Part shown: positions 29,825 to 39,459 of the stretch, piece by piece | Layout of the letters: every line of letters begins with the position of its first letter | Numbering within the stretch: position 1 is the stretch's first letter | Source: Candidatus Heimdallarchaeota archaeon | GTDB taxonomy: Archaea > Asgardarchaeota > Wukongarchaeia > Wukongarchaeales > JBHIFL01 | DNA length: 45,826 bases | NCBI GenBank assembly: GCA_046761065.1 | Contig: JBHIFL010000033.1 | Coordinates: forward strand, 1-45,826 | Direction: 5' to 3' | Program-made: the position numbers and the translations under genes | Notes under the pieces: generated by a model | The model's database searches: none | Told to the model about the DNA's origin: nothing | What the model saw: the letters and a program-made list of their open reading frames with translations, nothing else

Positions 29825-30005
29825 TGATAAGGGACCCCCCCATAGACCCCCTTTCATTCGTAACCATTATTTAACAACCCTGGTGGATCTTATTAGGTAC
29901 GAAACCATATCATACATTGCGATGGGCTTGTCATAACGTATTTAATAAATTATACGACAGGATATATTAAGCGTAAACTCAAGTGGAAATAGGAGTCCCT
30001 AAGAC

Positions 30006-30800
30006 ATGTTCTCAAATTCTTTCGAAGAAGCATTGAACACCGTGGAGGAGTATTACAGACAACTCATGCAAGGTGATCTCACTCCGGAACAAGAAGCTGA
30101 GATTCGAGTGATGCTTCTAAGTCTTTTTTCGACTCTTAAAGCACATACAAGTCGAATGGAAAATAGCCAATCTTTTATATCCAAATTAGAAGAGGTACGA
30201 GAGAATGTTATTGTATGGAATGCCTTAGGTCCCTGGTTTAGAGAAGTTAAACCCCTTGTTGATGGCGTTTTTAGCCTTATCACTCTGGGTAAAGAACTTC
30301 TTCTTTCGGCTATGCCACTACCGGTTGTAAAGGGAGATGAAATAGACACATTAAGAGATGAACTCCGGGAAGTTAAAGATACAGTGAAAACCCTTATTCA
30401 AGCACTCGAAGCGTCTAAAAGAGCAATCGTTCAACCAATAGAAGGGATACCAGAACACCTTGAATCTTCTCCCCAAACGGTTAATACCCAAGTAGAAGAT
30501 ATCGGAGCCCCCCAATTTGACGAAATCAAAACTGAAAAGCGTAAACCGATGCTGTCCCCCCAAATCGAAACAGGTGATGCAGAAGAACCGACAGAAGATT
30601 CATTTATGGAACTAGTTTCTCTTGAAGCAAGAAAGTATGCAGTTGAAAAAGCGATAACAAACTTAGAGACTGAGTTCTATGAAGACTTACTTCCCAGAGA
30701 CGAATTTGAAAAGTCCTTGGAAAAGCAAAGACGGGATCTCGCTCAAATTGTGAATCGCATCAGCGCTTTGCGGAAAGAACTAGAAGCGTCATCTTTGTGA
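30006..30800 (+). CDS. Helical/coiled-coil protein with C-terminal steadiness-box-like hairpin
   Basis: AGGAG upstream. The C-terminus ELVSLEARKYAVEKAITNLETEFYEDLLPRDEFEK resembles the C-terminus of the Vps23-like protein at 43446. Confidence 0.6.
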   Translation: MFSNSFEEALNTVEEYYRQLMQGDLTPEQEAEIRVMLLSLFSTLKAHTSRMENSQSFISKLEEVRENVIVWNALGPWFREVKPLVDGVFSLITLGKELLLSAMPLPVVKGDEIDTLRDELREVKDTVKTLIQALEASKRAIVQPIEGIPEHLESSPQTVNTQVEDIGAPQFDEIKTEKRKPMLSPQIETGDAEEPTEDSFMELVSLEARKYAVEKAITNLETEFYEDLLPRDEFEKSLEKQRRDLAQIVNRISALRKELEASSL

Positions 30801-30804
30801 CAGT

Positions 30805-31434
30805 CTATCTAAGGATGGACTTCTCGCGTCCTCCTCGATTATTACTACTGATAGCTAATCCGCTGGTAGGGGAGCCACAAACATTACAGAATTTTGCGGT
30901 CCTCAGGAGAATATGTCCACACTTCTCGCATTTTTTTTGGGTTCCTAAAAACCCACTACTAGAATTGTTTTCCTCTGGTTCACCAAAGAGGTCAAAAAAT
31001 TCTCCATTGTCTACTTCTGGGAACGGGACTTGGGGGACAGAGCGTTGACTCGCAGGGGGATTGATATATGTATTTCTTAGATCACGCGAGTTGGTTGCTA
31101 AAAATTGGTTACGACTCCTCCCTTCGGTCATTTCGCTTCGTTCCAATTCTCTATTACTTAAATGCATTGTTTTGTTAATTTGTACTATTTCTTGTTTGAT
31201 TTGGGCGATTTCACGTACTAGATAGGCATACTCTTGCATCTCTGAAATTGGATGATCTCTTGAATTCGAAACGTTTAACGGATAAATACGTTCAATTCCT
31301 ATAGCCAAGGTTCCATCCCTAATTTCGACTGGGACCGATTCTCGGATGACCGCCCCGAGCACGTCTTTAGCAGAAAAGGTCTTATTTTGAATAATTATGG
31401 TTCCAGAAACCTCTTCGAGGTTTATTAATGACAT
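30805..31434 (-). CDS. Hypothetical protein with short coiled coil and C-terminal zinc ribbon
   Basis: CEKCG....TAKFCNVCG near the C-terminus. Confidence 0.7.
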   Translation of the reverse strand: MSLINLEEVSGTIIIQNKTFSAKDVLGAVIRESVPVEIRDGTLAIGIERIYPLNVSNSRDHPISEMQEYAYLVREIAQIKQEIVQINKTMHLSNRELERSEMTEGRSRNQFLATNSRDLRNTYINPPASQRSVPQVPFPEVDNGEFFDLFGEPEENNSSSGFLGTQKKCEKCGHILLRTAKFCNVCGSPTSGLAISSNNRGGREKSILR

Positions 31435-31968
31435 TCCCAGGTGTCCCTCCCATAAAAAAGGATATCCAAAAACTATAAGAATTTATAACATTTGCGTGAT
31501 ATCTGAGTGAACTATTCCCTTCCAAGGGATAGGGCTTCCCTTTATCGCCCCATGTGCCTTCTCTGAACATTTGTTCGTAGCGGGGGATTAGGACTAATTC
31601 AATGTGGTCTTATCTCGCAAGAAATACCCGCTTGATCTGCAGAAGATGCCACGCGTCATTCAAGTCCATATGGTGGTCCAAGTCACAGGCACAACAGAAT
31701 TACCTCTTCGTTCATATGCCCTTGGTCTCACCCGATAGCCCCGGTGGGGGGTGTTGTCCTTGTTCACAAAGAGGATGGGAATACTTTCCTATAGGATTCT
31801 ATGATAAAAAGATTCCAAAACAAGTCAATCCAGATTGTCATATCCCATAGAACATTGTATTCCAATTGGAATTCATCACCACTCCAAGTAGCTGTGTCTT
31901 CTCCCGCAAATATATAAAAGATTTTTACAAAGATCAACTGGATGAAAAACTCTAAATGAGGGATTCAG

Positions 31969-32760
31969 GTGAAACTTGCGATTACAGGAAAGGGGGGGAC
32001 AGGTAAAACTCTCTTGGCAGCTACAATCTCGCGGATTCTTGCAAAGCAAAAGACATATTCAGTATTGGCAGTCGATGCAGATAGTAATCCTAGTCTGGCC
32101 GGTGCTCTAGGCATTCCAGAAGACATAATCAAAACCATTATTCCTCTTTCAGAAAATCAAGACTTGATTGAAGCACGTACCGGCATGGGTGCTGGAGCAT
32201 TTGGTGCGGCATTTCGACTAAATCCTCAAGTCAGGGATCTCATCGAAAAGTTGCATATTCCTGCACCCGATGGGGTACGCCTTTTAGTAATGGGAACTGT
32301 TCAATCAACTGACGGCTGCATGTGTCCGGCTTTCGCTTTAATCCGGGCCCTAATCCGCTATCTTATTTTGAAAAGGGACGAAATGGTAGTGTTAGACCTT
32401 GAAGCCGGGGTTGAGGTGTTTGGTCGCCGGGTCGTTGAAGGGATGGATGCTGTTTTGGCTGTTCTAGAACCCTCAAAGCGCGCTGTAATGACCCTCGAAA
32501 GGGTTGTAAAATTAGCTAACAAAATACAAGTGCGACAGATCCTAGCAGTCGCAAATAAAATTGAATCAGAAGGCCAAGCCCAGTTTTTGAAAACAGCAGC
32601 TGATCAACTAGGCATCCCCTTACTTGGAAAAATCCCTCGACGGGGCGAAGCCGTTGAAGCGGATCTTCACGGGATCCCTCTCATTGATTATTCCCCCGAA
32701 TCGCCTGTAATACAGAGTATCGAATCAATAATTGCTAACTTACTTTCACGATCGAGTTGA
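31969..32760 (+). CDS. cooC: CooC-family nickel-insertion ATPase
   Basis: GKGGTGKT, VDAD.NP.LA.ALG, F.LNP.V.D, GCMCP and D.EAG.E. Confidence 0.9.
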   Translation: MKLAITGKGGTGKTLLAATISRILAKQKTYSVLAVDADSNPSLAGALGIPEDIIKTIIPLSENQDLIEARTGMGAGAFGAAFRLNPQVRDLIEKLHIPAPDGVRLLVMGTVQSTDGCMCPAFALIRALIRYLILKRDEMVVLDLEAGVEVFGRRVVEGMDAVLAVLEPSKRAVMTLERVVKLANKIQVRQILAVANKIESEGQAQFLKTAADQLGIPLLGKIPRRGEAVEADLHGIPLIDYSPESPVIQSIESIIANLLSRSS

Positions 32761-32919
32761 TATCATCATTGTATTAGAAGACCATGAATATTGTTAAACC
32801 CTTCTAACTTGATGTTATTCACTCATCTAACCGCGTCTTTCCATTACCCCGGAATGTGGAGAATTATTTTAATACAATGGCAGGGAATAAGAAAACTTGT
32901 TTTATTTGGAGGAAAAGGA

Positions 32920-34143
32920 ATGGAGCAACCATTATCTGATATCAAAATTATAGATCTATCTCAAACATTGGCGGGCCCCTTTTGTTCGATGTTGTTGGCG
33001 GACATGGGCGCTGAAGTAATTAAAATTGAAGTCCCAAATCACGGCGATGGACTACGAACGTGGGGACCACCTTTCTTGGGGAGAGAGGGAGTTTACTTCC
33101 TAGGATTCAATCGCAATAAGAAGAGCCTAACTTTGAATCTGAAAAATGAAATAGGTAGAGAAATCTTTATCAAGCTGATAAATAAAGCTGACATTCTCCT
33201 AGAGAATTTTAGACCAGGAACCATGGAGAAACTGGGTTTTAGCTATGAGAATATCAAAAACACAAATCCACAGCTTATCTATTGTCGAATCTCAGGATAT
33301 GGGCAATCTGGCCCATATCGCAATCGCGCTGGATATGACCTAATCACCCAGGGAGAGAGTGGACTTATGACCATTACAGGAAGCCCAGATCGTCCCCCGG
33401 GCGCGAAAGTAGGTGTAGCCATTGTGGACTTAGGGACGGGCATGTATGCCGCACAGGGTATCTTATGTGCTTTATTAGCACGCGAAAAAACGGGGGAAGG
33501 CCAAGTGATTGATGTCTCATTATTTGACTCAGCGATTAGTTGGATGTGGCAGCCAATAGGGTCCTATCTAGCTTCAGGTGAACTCCCAAAACGTTTAGGA
33601 ACCGTACATCCTGTGGCTGCTCCTTATCAAGCTTTTAAAACGAGGGATATCTACATTACTATCGGTTGTCAGACACAGAATCACTGGAAAAAACTTTGTG
33701 AATTGTTAGACATTGAAGAACTCAAAGACAACCCTAGATTTGCCACACTTCCAAAAAGGGTTGAAAATAGAGAAGAATTATCATCTATCCTAAGTAAGAT
33801 ATTTGTAACTAAAGAAGGAGAACATTGGTTAAAAATGTTGCAGGATGCCGGCTTACCCTGTGCTCCGGTTAACACGGTAGATCGAATCGTATCTAATCCG
33901 CAAGTTCTGCACCGCCAGATGTTAGTCGAAGTCGATCATCCAACTGCTGGGAAAATAAAAGTTCCTGGAATTCCAATTAAACTTACAAAGACTCCTGGCT
34001 CAATTAGGCGTCCTCCCCCCTTGTTGGGGGAGCATAGTCGCGAGGTACTCGAAGAGTTGGGATTTGATGAAAGCACAATTGAAAAATTCCAAGAAAAGGG
34101 GATCACGACTTTATTCAATGCGTCCTCTATTAAATCCGCGTAG
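32920..34143 (+). CDS. Family III CoA-transferase (CaiB/BaiF)
   Basis: PL..IKIIDL...LAGP....LAD.GAEVIKIE, NRNKKS, ENFRPG..EKLG, ISGYGQ.GP and PP.LGEH. Start trimmed to ATG 32920. Confidence 0.93.
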   Translation: MEQPLSDIKIIDLSQTLAGPFCSMLLADMGAEVIKIEVPNHGDGLRTWGPPFLGREGVYFLGFNRNKKSLTLNLKNEIGREIFIKLINKADILLENFRPGTMEKLGFSYENIKNTNPQLIYCRISGYGQSGPYRNRAGYDLITQGESGLMTITGSPDRPPGAKVGVAIVDLGTGMYAAQGILCALLAREKTGEGQVIDVSLFDSAISWMWQPIGSYLASGELPKRLGTVHPVAAPYQAFKTRDIYITIGCQTQNHWKKLCELLDIEELKDNPRFATLPKRVENREELSSILSKIFVTKEGEHWLKMLQDAGLPCAPVNTVDRIVSNPQVLHRQMLVEVDHPTAGKIKVPGIPIKLTKTPGSIRRPPPLLGEHSREVLEELGFDESTIEKFQEKGITTLFNASSIKSA

Positions 34144-34578
34144 TTGTCTTTGAAGGGTTCTTATTTGGAGTTGACGGTCGGAATTTTCTTTTGCTAGACG
34201 TTTGAAGGTTCTCTTCACATCAGGCACTCCGATTTTCGTTGCGGCATCCTTATAAAATTGATAACTATTCTCCTCAAGTTCCAAAGCCTTTTTTAGCAGC
34301 TGCTGATCCCCTATATCTTGGAGAAGGCCCACCTTAACTTCATAATTGCTTCGCTTGAGGCCAGTTACGTGGACTAAGATGCTTTCTCTGATAAATTCCT
34401 GACGCGTCTTTCCTAACTTTTTCTTACGTTTTTTTACTTCGGTTCCAAGTAATGTTAATAGATTTCTTGCCTCTGGAGATTCTAAAATGCTAGTGACCTC
34501 TTCATAGAATTTTGCGGATTTTTCCTCCAAATAGATTGCAAAAGCGAATACCACTCCAAAGGTTCCAAGTTCCATCAC
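34111..34578 (-). CDS. Ferritin-like/rubrerythrin-domain protein
   Basis: Duplicated A..LEE.S..FY helices. Confidence 0.8.
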   Translation of the reverse strand: MMELGTFGVVFAFAIYLEEKSAKFYEEVTSILESPEARNLLTLLGTEVKKRKKKLGKTRQEFIRESILVHVTGLKRSNYEVKVGLLQDIGDQQLLKKALELEENSYQFYKDAATKIGVPDVKRTFKRLAKENSDRQLQIRTLQRQLRGFNRGRIE

Positions 34579-34699
34579 CCCATCTCCTTCATGTCACGTA
34601 TTATTTTGCTTCTATTTTATGACGGACATTGAGCTACAAATGCTTAATGAATCCGCTTTGTCTTTTTATTCCACTCATCAAACACCCTGTCTTCCATAA

Positions 34700-36169
34700 T
34701 TAAAACCAGCGGATGACAACTACCTTTTTCTCAGTGAAGAACCGGACAGCATCGAGTCCTTGGCCGTGTAAATCCCCAAAGAACGAGTCTTTCCAGCCAG
34801 AAAACGGGAAAAATGCCATGGGCGCTGCAATCCCGACATTGATCCCTACATTCCCACATTGAACACGGTACTGGAATTTTCGCGCTATCTTACCGTTTGA
34901 AGTGAAGATGGAGGAGGCATTGCCATACGGGTTGGCGTCAATAATTTCAAAGGCTTTCTCTAGATTTTTTATATGGATTATATTCATTACAGGTCCGAAG
35001 ATCTCTTCATTGGCGATGCTCATGTTGGGTTTGACTTTATCGAAGATCGTTGGCCCAATGAACCACCCCGAATAGCCCTCTACCTTGATATTTCGCCCAT
35101 CCAGGAGCAGTTTTGCCCCTTCCTGCAGACCTTTTTCAATATACCCGAGAACACGCTCCATGTGGCGTTTTGACACCACCGGGCCCATCTGGACCCCCTC
35201 TTCAAGGCCATAGCCCACCCGGATCTTGGAGGCAGCTTCCACCAGCATAATCCGAAGCGTTTCATAAACCTCCCCCACCGCTAGCACCACCGCCCCGCTT
35301 AGACACCGTTCTCCCGCACAGCCAAAAAACGAAGTCATGAGGGCTGCTACCGTGGGTTTGAGCACGGCATCAGGCATCACAACGATGAAGTTCTTTGCCC
35401 CGGCTTGGCATTGGGCACGTTTCCCATTCTTGGTGGCTTTCGCATAGATGTATTTCGCCACAGGGGTAGAACCCACAAATGAGACAGCTCGGACATCTTG
35501 GCTCTCGAGCAGGTGATCTACTACGCCTTTCGCCCCGTTCACAAGATTGACAACCCCTTCGGGGAACTCTGCTTCGTCTAGTAAGCGAAAGAGTCGGTTT
35601 TGGCTCAAGGGCACTTGTTCAGAGGGTTTTACGATGTATGTATTGCCACAAGCCACCGCGTAAGGGAGGAACCACAACGGGACCATTGATGGAAAGTTGA
35701 ATGGAGGGATCATGCAACAAACCCCTATGGGTTGCCGGATCTCTACCTCATCGATGGAACGCGCGATATCCTCCAGCATCGATCCCTGCATTAAGCTGGG
35801 GATCCCCGTGGCCACTTCAACATTTTCTATTCCCCGCCGGATTTCCCCGCGCGCCTCATCAATAGTTTTGCCTTCCTCGACGACGATCGTCCTCGCGAGC
35901 TCTTCAAAGTGCTCCTCCATGAGCCCCTTCAACGTGAACAGATACCGCACTCGGGTGAGGGGCGGGGTTTCACGCCACTCCCAAAACGCCTCCTTTGCAG
36001 CTCGGATAGCGGTTTCCACCTCTTCTGGTGTTGAGAGGGGCACTTCCGCGATTTTTTCGGCGGTTGCGGGATTAATCACATCAAGGATCTCATTGGACTC
36101 CGACTCGACCCATTGACTATTGACATAGTTCTTTAGTTTCTCGACTTTCATTTTATTTAACCACATCAT
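34700..36169 (-). CDS. mmsA: CoA-acylating (methyl)malonate-semialdehyde dehydrogenase
   Basis: PFNFPSMVPLWF, KPSEQVP, SFVGSTPVA, GAKN, FGCAGERC, EEIFGPV and FPFSGWK.SFFGD. Confidence 0.92.
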   Translation of the reverse strand: MMWLNKMKVEKLKNYVNSQWVESESNEILDVINPATAEKIAEVPLSTPEEVETAIRAAKEAFWEWRETPPLTRVRYLFTLKGLMEEHFEELARTIVVEEGKTIDEARGEIRRGIENVEVATGIPSLMQGSMLEDIARSIDEVEIRQPIGVCCMIPPFNFPSMVPLWFLPYAVACGNTYIVKPSEQVPLSQNRLFRLLDEAEFPEGVVNLVNGAKGVVDHLLESQDVRAVSFVGSTPVAKYIYAKATKNGKRAQCQAGAKNFIVVMPDAVLKPTVAALMTSFFGCAGERCLSGAVVLAVGEVYETLRIMLVEAASKIRVGYGLEEGVQMGPVVSKRHMERVLGYIEKGLQEGAKLLLDGRNIKVEGYSGWFIGPTIFDKVKPNMSIANEEIFGPVMNIIHIKNLEKAFEIIDANPYGNASSIFTSNGKIARKFQYRVQCGNVGINVGIAAPMAFFPFSGWKDSFFGDLHGQGLDAVRFFTEKKVVVIRWF

Positions 36170-36463
36170 CGATTGTTATTACAAACAAGGAATTCAACTA
36201 TCTGCTTCGCACTCTTATATCACAAAATACTTTCTTATGGTGAACTTCGGAAACTCACGATCATAATTGACTGAGGAAAAAGGACCAGAGTTCGAATGCT
36301 CAGCACTAATAATTTGCCCCTTTTGACGAGAGATGAAACCCTTTAAAACCATTTGTGAGGTAGGATTGTGTTTTCAATACAGAATTCTATTATATCCTCG
36401 ACATCTTCATAGGATTACTTTTCCACGCAAAGATAAAGTGAATCATTAGTCAAATGAGATGAA

Positions 36464-36946
36464 ATGACCATGCCGCCGTCTCAAAAAATCCCGGGGGTTA
36501 TTCGCACATATGTGACACAAATAAAACATTTTACCCAAGAAGTTAAACGAATTAAGCTCGTGGAGCGGGTAACCGGGCCCTCCATTTACACTTTTGGGCA
36601 AACTTGGTCTGCACTGTTTAATGCTTATCCTATAACTCATGATCTCCTCCCTAAAGTGTTTAATCGACTAATTCAGATCGCAACACAACTTTCGACAATA
36701 ATTGTTGGGGAAAATGGCGAACTAATTTCTGTAGATGTCGGTAAAGGCGAGATATTCGATATGGGTGAAAAATACTTTGAAATCATAAAAGGCCATCTTT
36801 TCGAATGCTACCAATACGAAAAGGAGTCTTTTGCTTATATCAGAGTTTTCCAAGAGAAAAAAACAGATGATAAAGAGGTATGGGTAAGCTTCGATATGGA
36901 TTTTTTGGAAAAAAGCGCTTGGTTCAAAGAAAAGATTACAATATAA
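36464..36946 (+). CDS. Hypothetical protein
   Basis: 160-aa ATG ORF filling the gap between mmsA and the histone gene; no motif recognised. Confidence 0.6.
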   Translation: MTMPPSQKIPGVIRTYVTQIKHFTQEVKRIKLVERVTGPSIYTFGQTWSALFNAYPITHDLLPKVFNRLIQIATQLSTIIVGENGELISVDVGKGEIFDMGEKYFEIIKGHLFECYQYEKESFAYIRVFQEKKTDDKEVWVSFDMDFLEKSAWFKEKITI

Positions 36947-37048
36947 ATGGGAAATTCATAAAAAAGGGGGGAAGTTGCCGAGGGTTTGAGTGCTTTAACG
37001 CAGGTGAGCCTCTTATTCCTTAGGCTCTTATGACTTTTCAGTGTACGC

Positions 37049-37267
37049 TTACCGCTTCCATTGTTCGTAGGCAAGTTTGACGTCGTCTTCGACAACGGTT
37101 TTTCTCTTGGCGTGCTTTGCAAATTCTACAGAGATTTTACCAATTGAAAGGGCTACATCCTGTAGAATGTCTCGCAAAGCCTCTGCCGCCTCGGCACTAA
37201 CGCGTCCAGCCCCTGCCCTCCGAACTAAACGATCGATTGGGGCAAGAGGTAATTCTGCCTTAGCCAT
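37049..37267 (-). CDS. Archaeal histone (HMf family)
   Basis: ELPLAPIDRLVRRAGAGRVS..A..AL...FAKHAKRKTV..DDV.LA. Confidence 0.95.
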   Translation of the reverse strand: MAKAELPLAPIDRLVRRAGAGRVSAEAAEALRDILQDVALSIGKISVEFAKHAKRKTVVEDDVKLAYEQWKR

Positions 37268-37913
37268 TTTTCATCTACCTTTTTGGTCTTCTTCCTTCGG
37301 GTGTTATAAAATAGCTGATGCCTTATTTAACGATCTCTTAAGCATTTTTTTAGCAATCCCTGCTTTTGCTATTTTAACAAAACCTATTAGGATTTGACCG
37401 GTGAATATTGCAAAGCTTCTTCCTTTTAAGGTTTTCTGTTCATAGCCCAGTGTTCATGGACACTGTTAGATGTACAATGGTTCACACAATGTATAAGTTA
37501 GTTTCGAACTATTGGAACGCTATTCCCCATTGATCATGTTTCATCATTTACTCGGCTATTTGCTCCCGATCTTTTAAAATACAAACCCAATGGGTTTCTC
37601 TCCTAGTTGAACGAAAAGGATAGACGTTCATATCTACAATAAAAGCTATTTATGGATATGTCATCTCCATTGGATGTAGTCGCTGCATCGTTACTTATCT
37701 ACTTGAAAGAATCTCAGTTATAAAAATGCTAAAATCACTTCAAATCTAATTATGAATCTTATCTATGAACTTTGTTTTTACGTATATAATCATAAGAAGC
37801 GGTAAACAAGAATAAGAAAACATTCAAAAATACAGAGGGCGCTAAGTCTTCTTGGGTAAAAAATGAAGCATAATATCCCAACCAAAGCTTAGGTTGGCTC
37901 AGGGGTAACTAGA

Positions 37914-38642
37914 GTGAGTGAAGATTCTATTATCTGTCCTATGTGCTTAGAACGAGTCCCTCCTGAGTACATTGTCTGTCCTTATTGTGGCTATGATATG
38001 ACTAAGATTGTGCATGAAGCAGCCGTAGGGCCTCTCGGTATTAGGGACATTTTCGGGAGGATCCGAAAGGTCATCCAGCAGCCCAGATTAGCTATGAAAG
38101 ATGTTGCAGACCATCCTGATCGAATGGGTGGAATTCTTATCATGTTAGCGCTCTCTATTTTTCTTATTTTATCCCGTGGACCAGCTTACTTACTCCGCCG
38201 AGGTGTGATAGATCCAATAGGAATGATTACAAATCTAGTGCTTCTTTACTTGATTTTGGGTGGAGTCCTTTTTTTCATTGTCCCATTCCTTTTTTGGGTT
38301 CTAGGATCAGCAATTTTTTGGATCATTGCCAAGTTAATAGGAGGTAGGGGGGTTAACTTTGCTCAGACACAAGGAGTGGTGGGGTACGGGCTAATTCCGC
38401 TTGTGCTATGGGCTTTTATCTCTATTCCAATTTTGCTTATTGGGTTACCGGGTGGTGATATTAATGCAATGGCTAACTCCACTGCTGAATATATTCTTAC
38501 CCTCCTCATGGTTCCTGCTCTCGTCTGGAGTCTAATTTTAATTGGTATAGGATTGACCCGAGCACATGCCTTTACACACCACGAAGGCATGATTATTGCG
38601 GCGCTTCCGATCCTAGGATTTTTGTTAATAATAATCCGTTAG
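37914..38642 (+). CDS. Yip1-domain membrane protein with N-terminal zinc ribbon
   Basis: CPMC..CPYCG, then V..QP, AKLIGGRG.NF.....V.GY.L.P and W...L..IGL...H, with about 5 TM helices. Confidence 0.8.
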   Translation: MSEDSIICPMCLERVPPEYIVCPYCGYDMTKIVHEAAVGPLGIRDIFGRIRKVIQQPRLAMKDVADHPDRMGGILIMLALSIFLILSRGPAYLLRRGVIDPIGMITNLVLLYLILGGVLFFIVPFLFWVLGSAIFWIIAKLIGGRGVNFAQTQGVVGYGLIPLVLWAFISIPILLIGLPGGDINAMANSTAEYILTLLMVPALVWSLILIGIGLTRAHAFTHHEGMIIAALPILGFLLIIIR

Positions 38643-38935
38643 GATTGGTTAGGAGGATGATCAAAAAACATAGATATAGGTACATTAATCAGAGTTTAAA
38701 GCTTAAAAACACACCTTTTTCCAGAATCGCTACTTGTAATGATTTACAAGTTGTTGCTACATGAAATTAATATGTAATATGATAAAGATGACATCAAGAG
38801 GCATATAACGATCTACCTAACGGATAAGACGGGGTAGGTCGAACCGAGAAATCTCCTTCTATACAAGCTGTATAAGAGTTTTTAAAAAGATCTTAATGGT
38901 TGCTTAATATTTACTTGAAAGGTCTAAATGACCAA

Positions 38936-39190
38936 TTAAGTAAGATTTCCACCTTCAGTTCGTGTGACCAAAAAGAGTTTATCTCCCTCTTCTACCCCCG
39001 CTTGACTTAACAGGTCGTTATCCGCTAATTGACGTCCACGAAAGATGAAGACGACAGTGGAGGTGGGAATCCTCTTTTGTTCCGCTACAAGTTGTTTAAG
39101 CTCCTGAACGGTCGCTTTTGGAGAGGTTTCGATCTCAAGTGAACCACCTCCGATTGTACTTACAATAGTTAATTTGATCATTTCAGCCAT
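38936..39190 (-). CDS. Eukaryote-like ubiquitin precursor (C-terminal GG plus NLT extension)
   Basis: TVQELK..V...IP....FIFRGRQL.D...L...GV.....L.LV.R.EGG aligns with the ubiquitin core. Confidence 0.92.
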   Translation of the reverse strand: MAEMIKLTIVSTIGGGSLEIETSPKATVQELKQLVAEQKRIPTSTVVFIFRGRQLADNDLLSQAGVEEGDKLFLVTRTEGGNLT

Positions 39191-39459
39191 TAATTTCGCC
39201 TCGAAGTTTATTTTTTAGTCCTAATAAAGATAGGAAAGAGATTCTGCTCCTAGACATTCTCTTTAAGGAATGAGTGAAGGAAAAAGGGTTGAAAATACTT
39301 ACCCTAATCCCTACTCTAGCTGCCTATCCTCAGGAATTCTGCTTCAATGATAATCTAAATAATAATATATCTAACTATCTTTTTATCGATTTCGATTCTT
39401 CGGTGAAAAGGCAATTTGTACAGCATAACGAATGGGCGCGCGATAAACGGAGAATCTTT

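Noticed and set aside
31450-31910. Short ORFs on both strands between the zinc-ribbon gene and cooC
   Set aside because: Possibly a decayed gene, but no family is recognisable.
34111-34143. 33-bp convergent overlap of the CoA-transferase and ferritin-like genes
   Set aside because: Short 3' overlaps are common in compact archaeal genomes.
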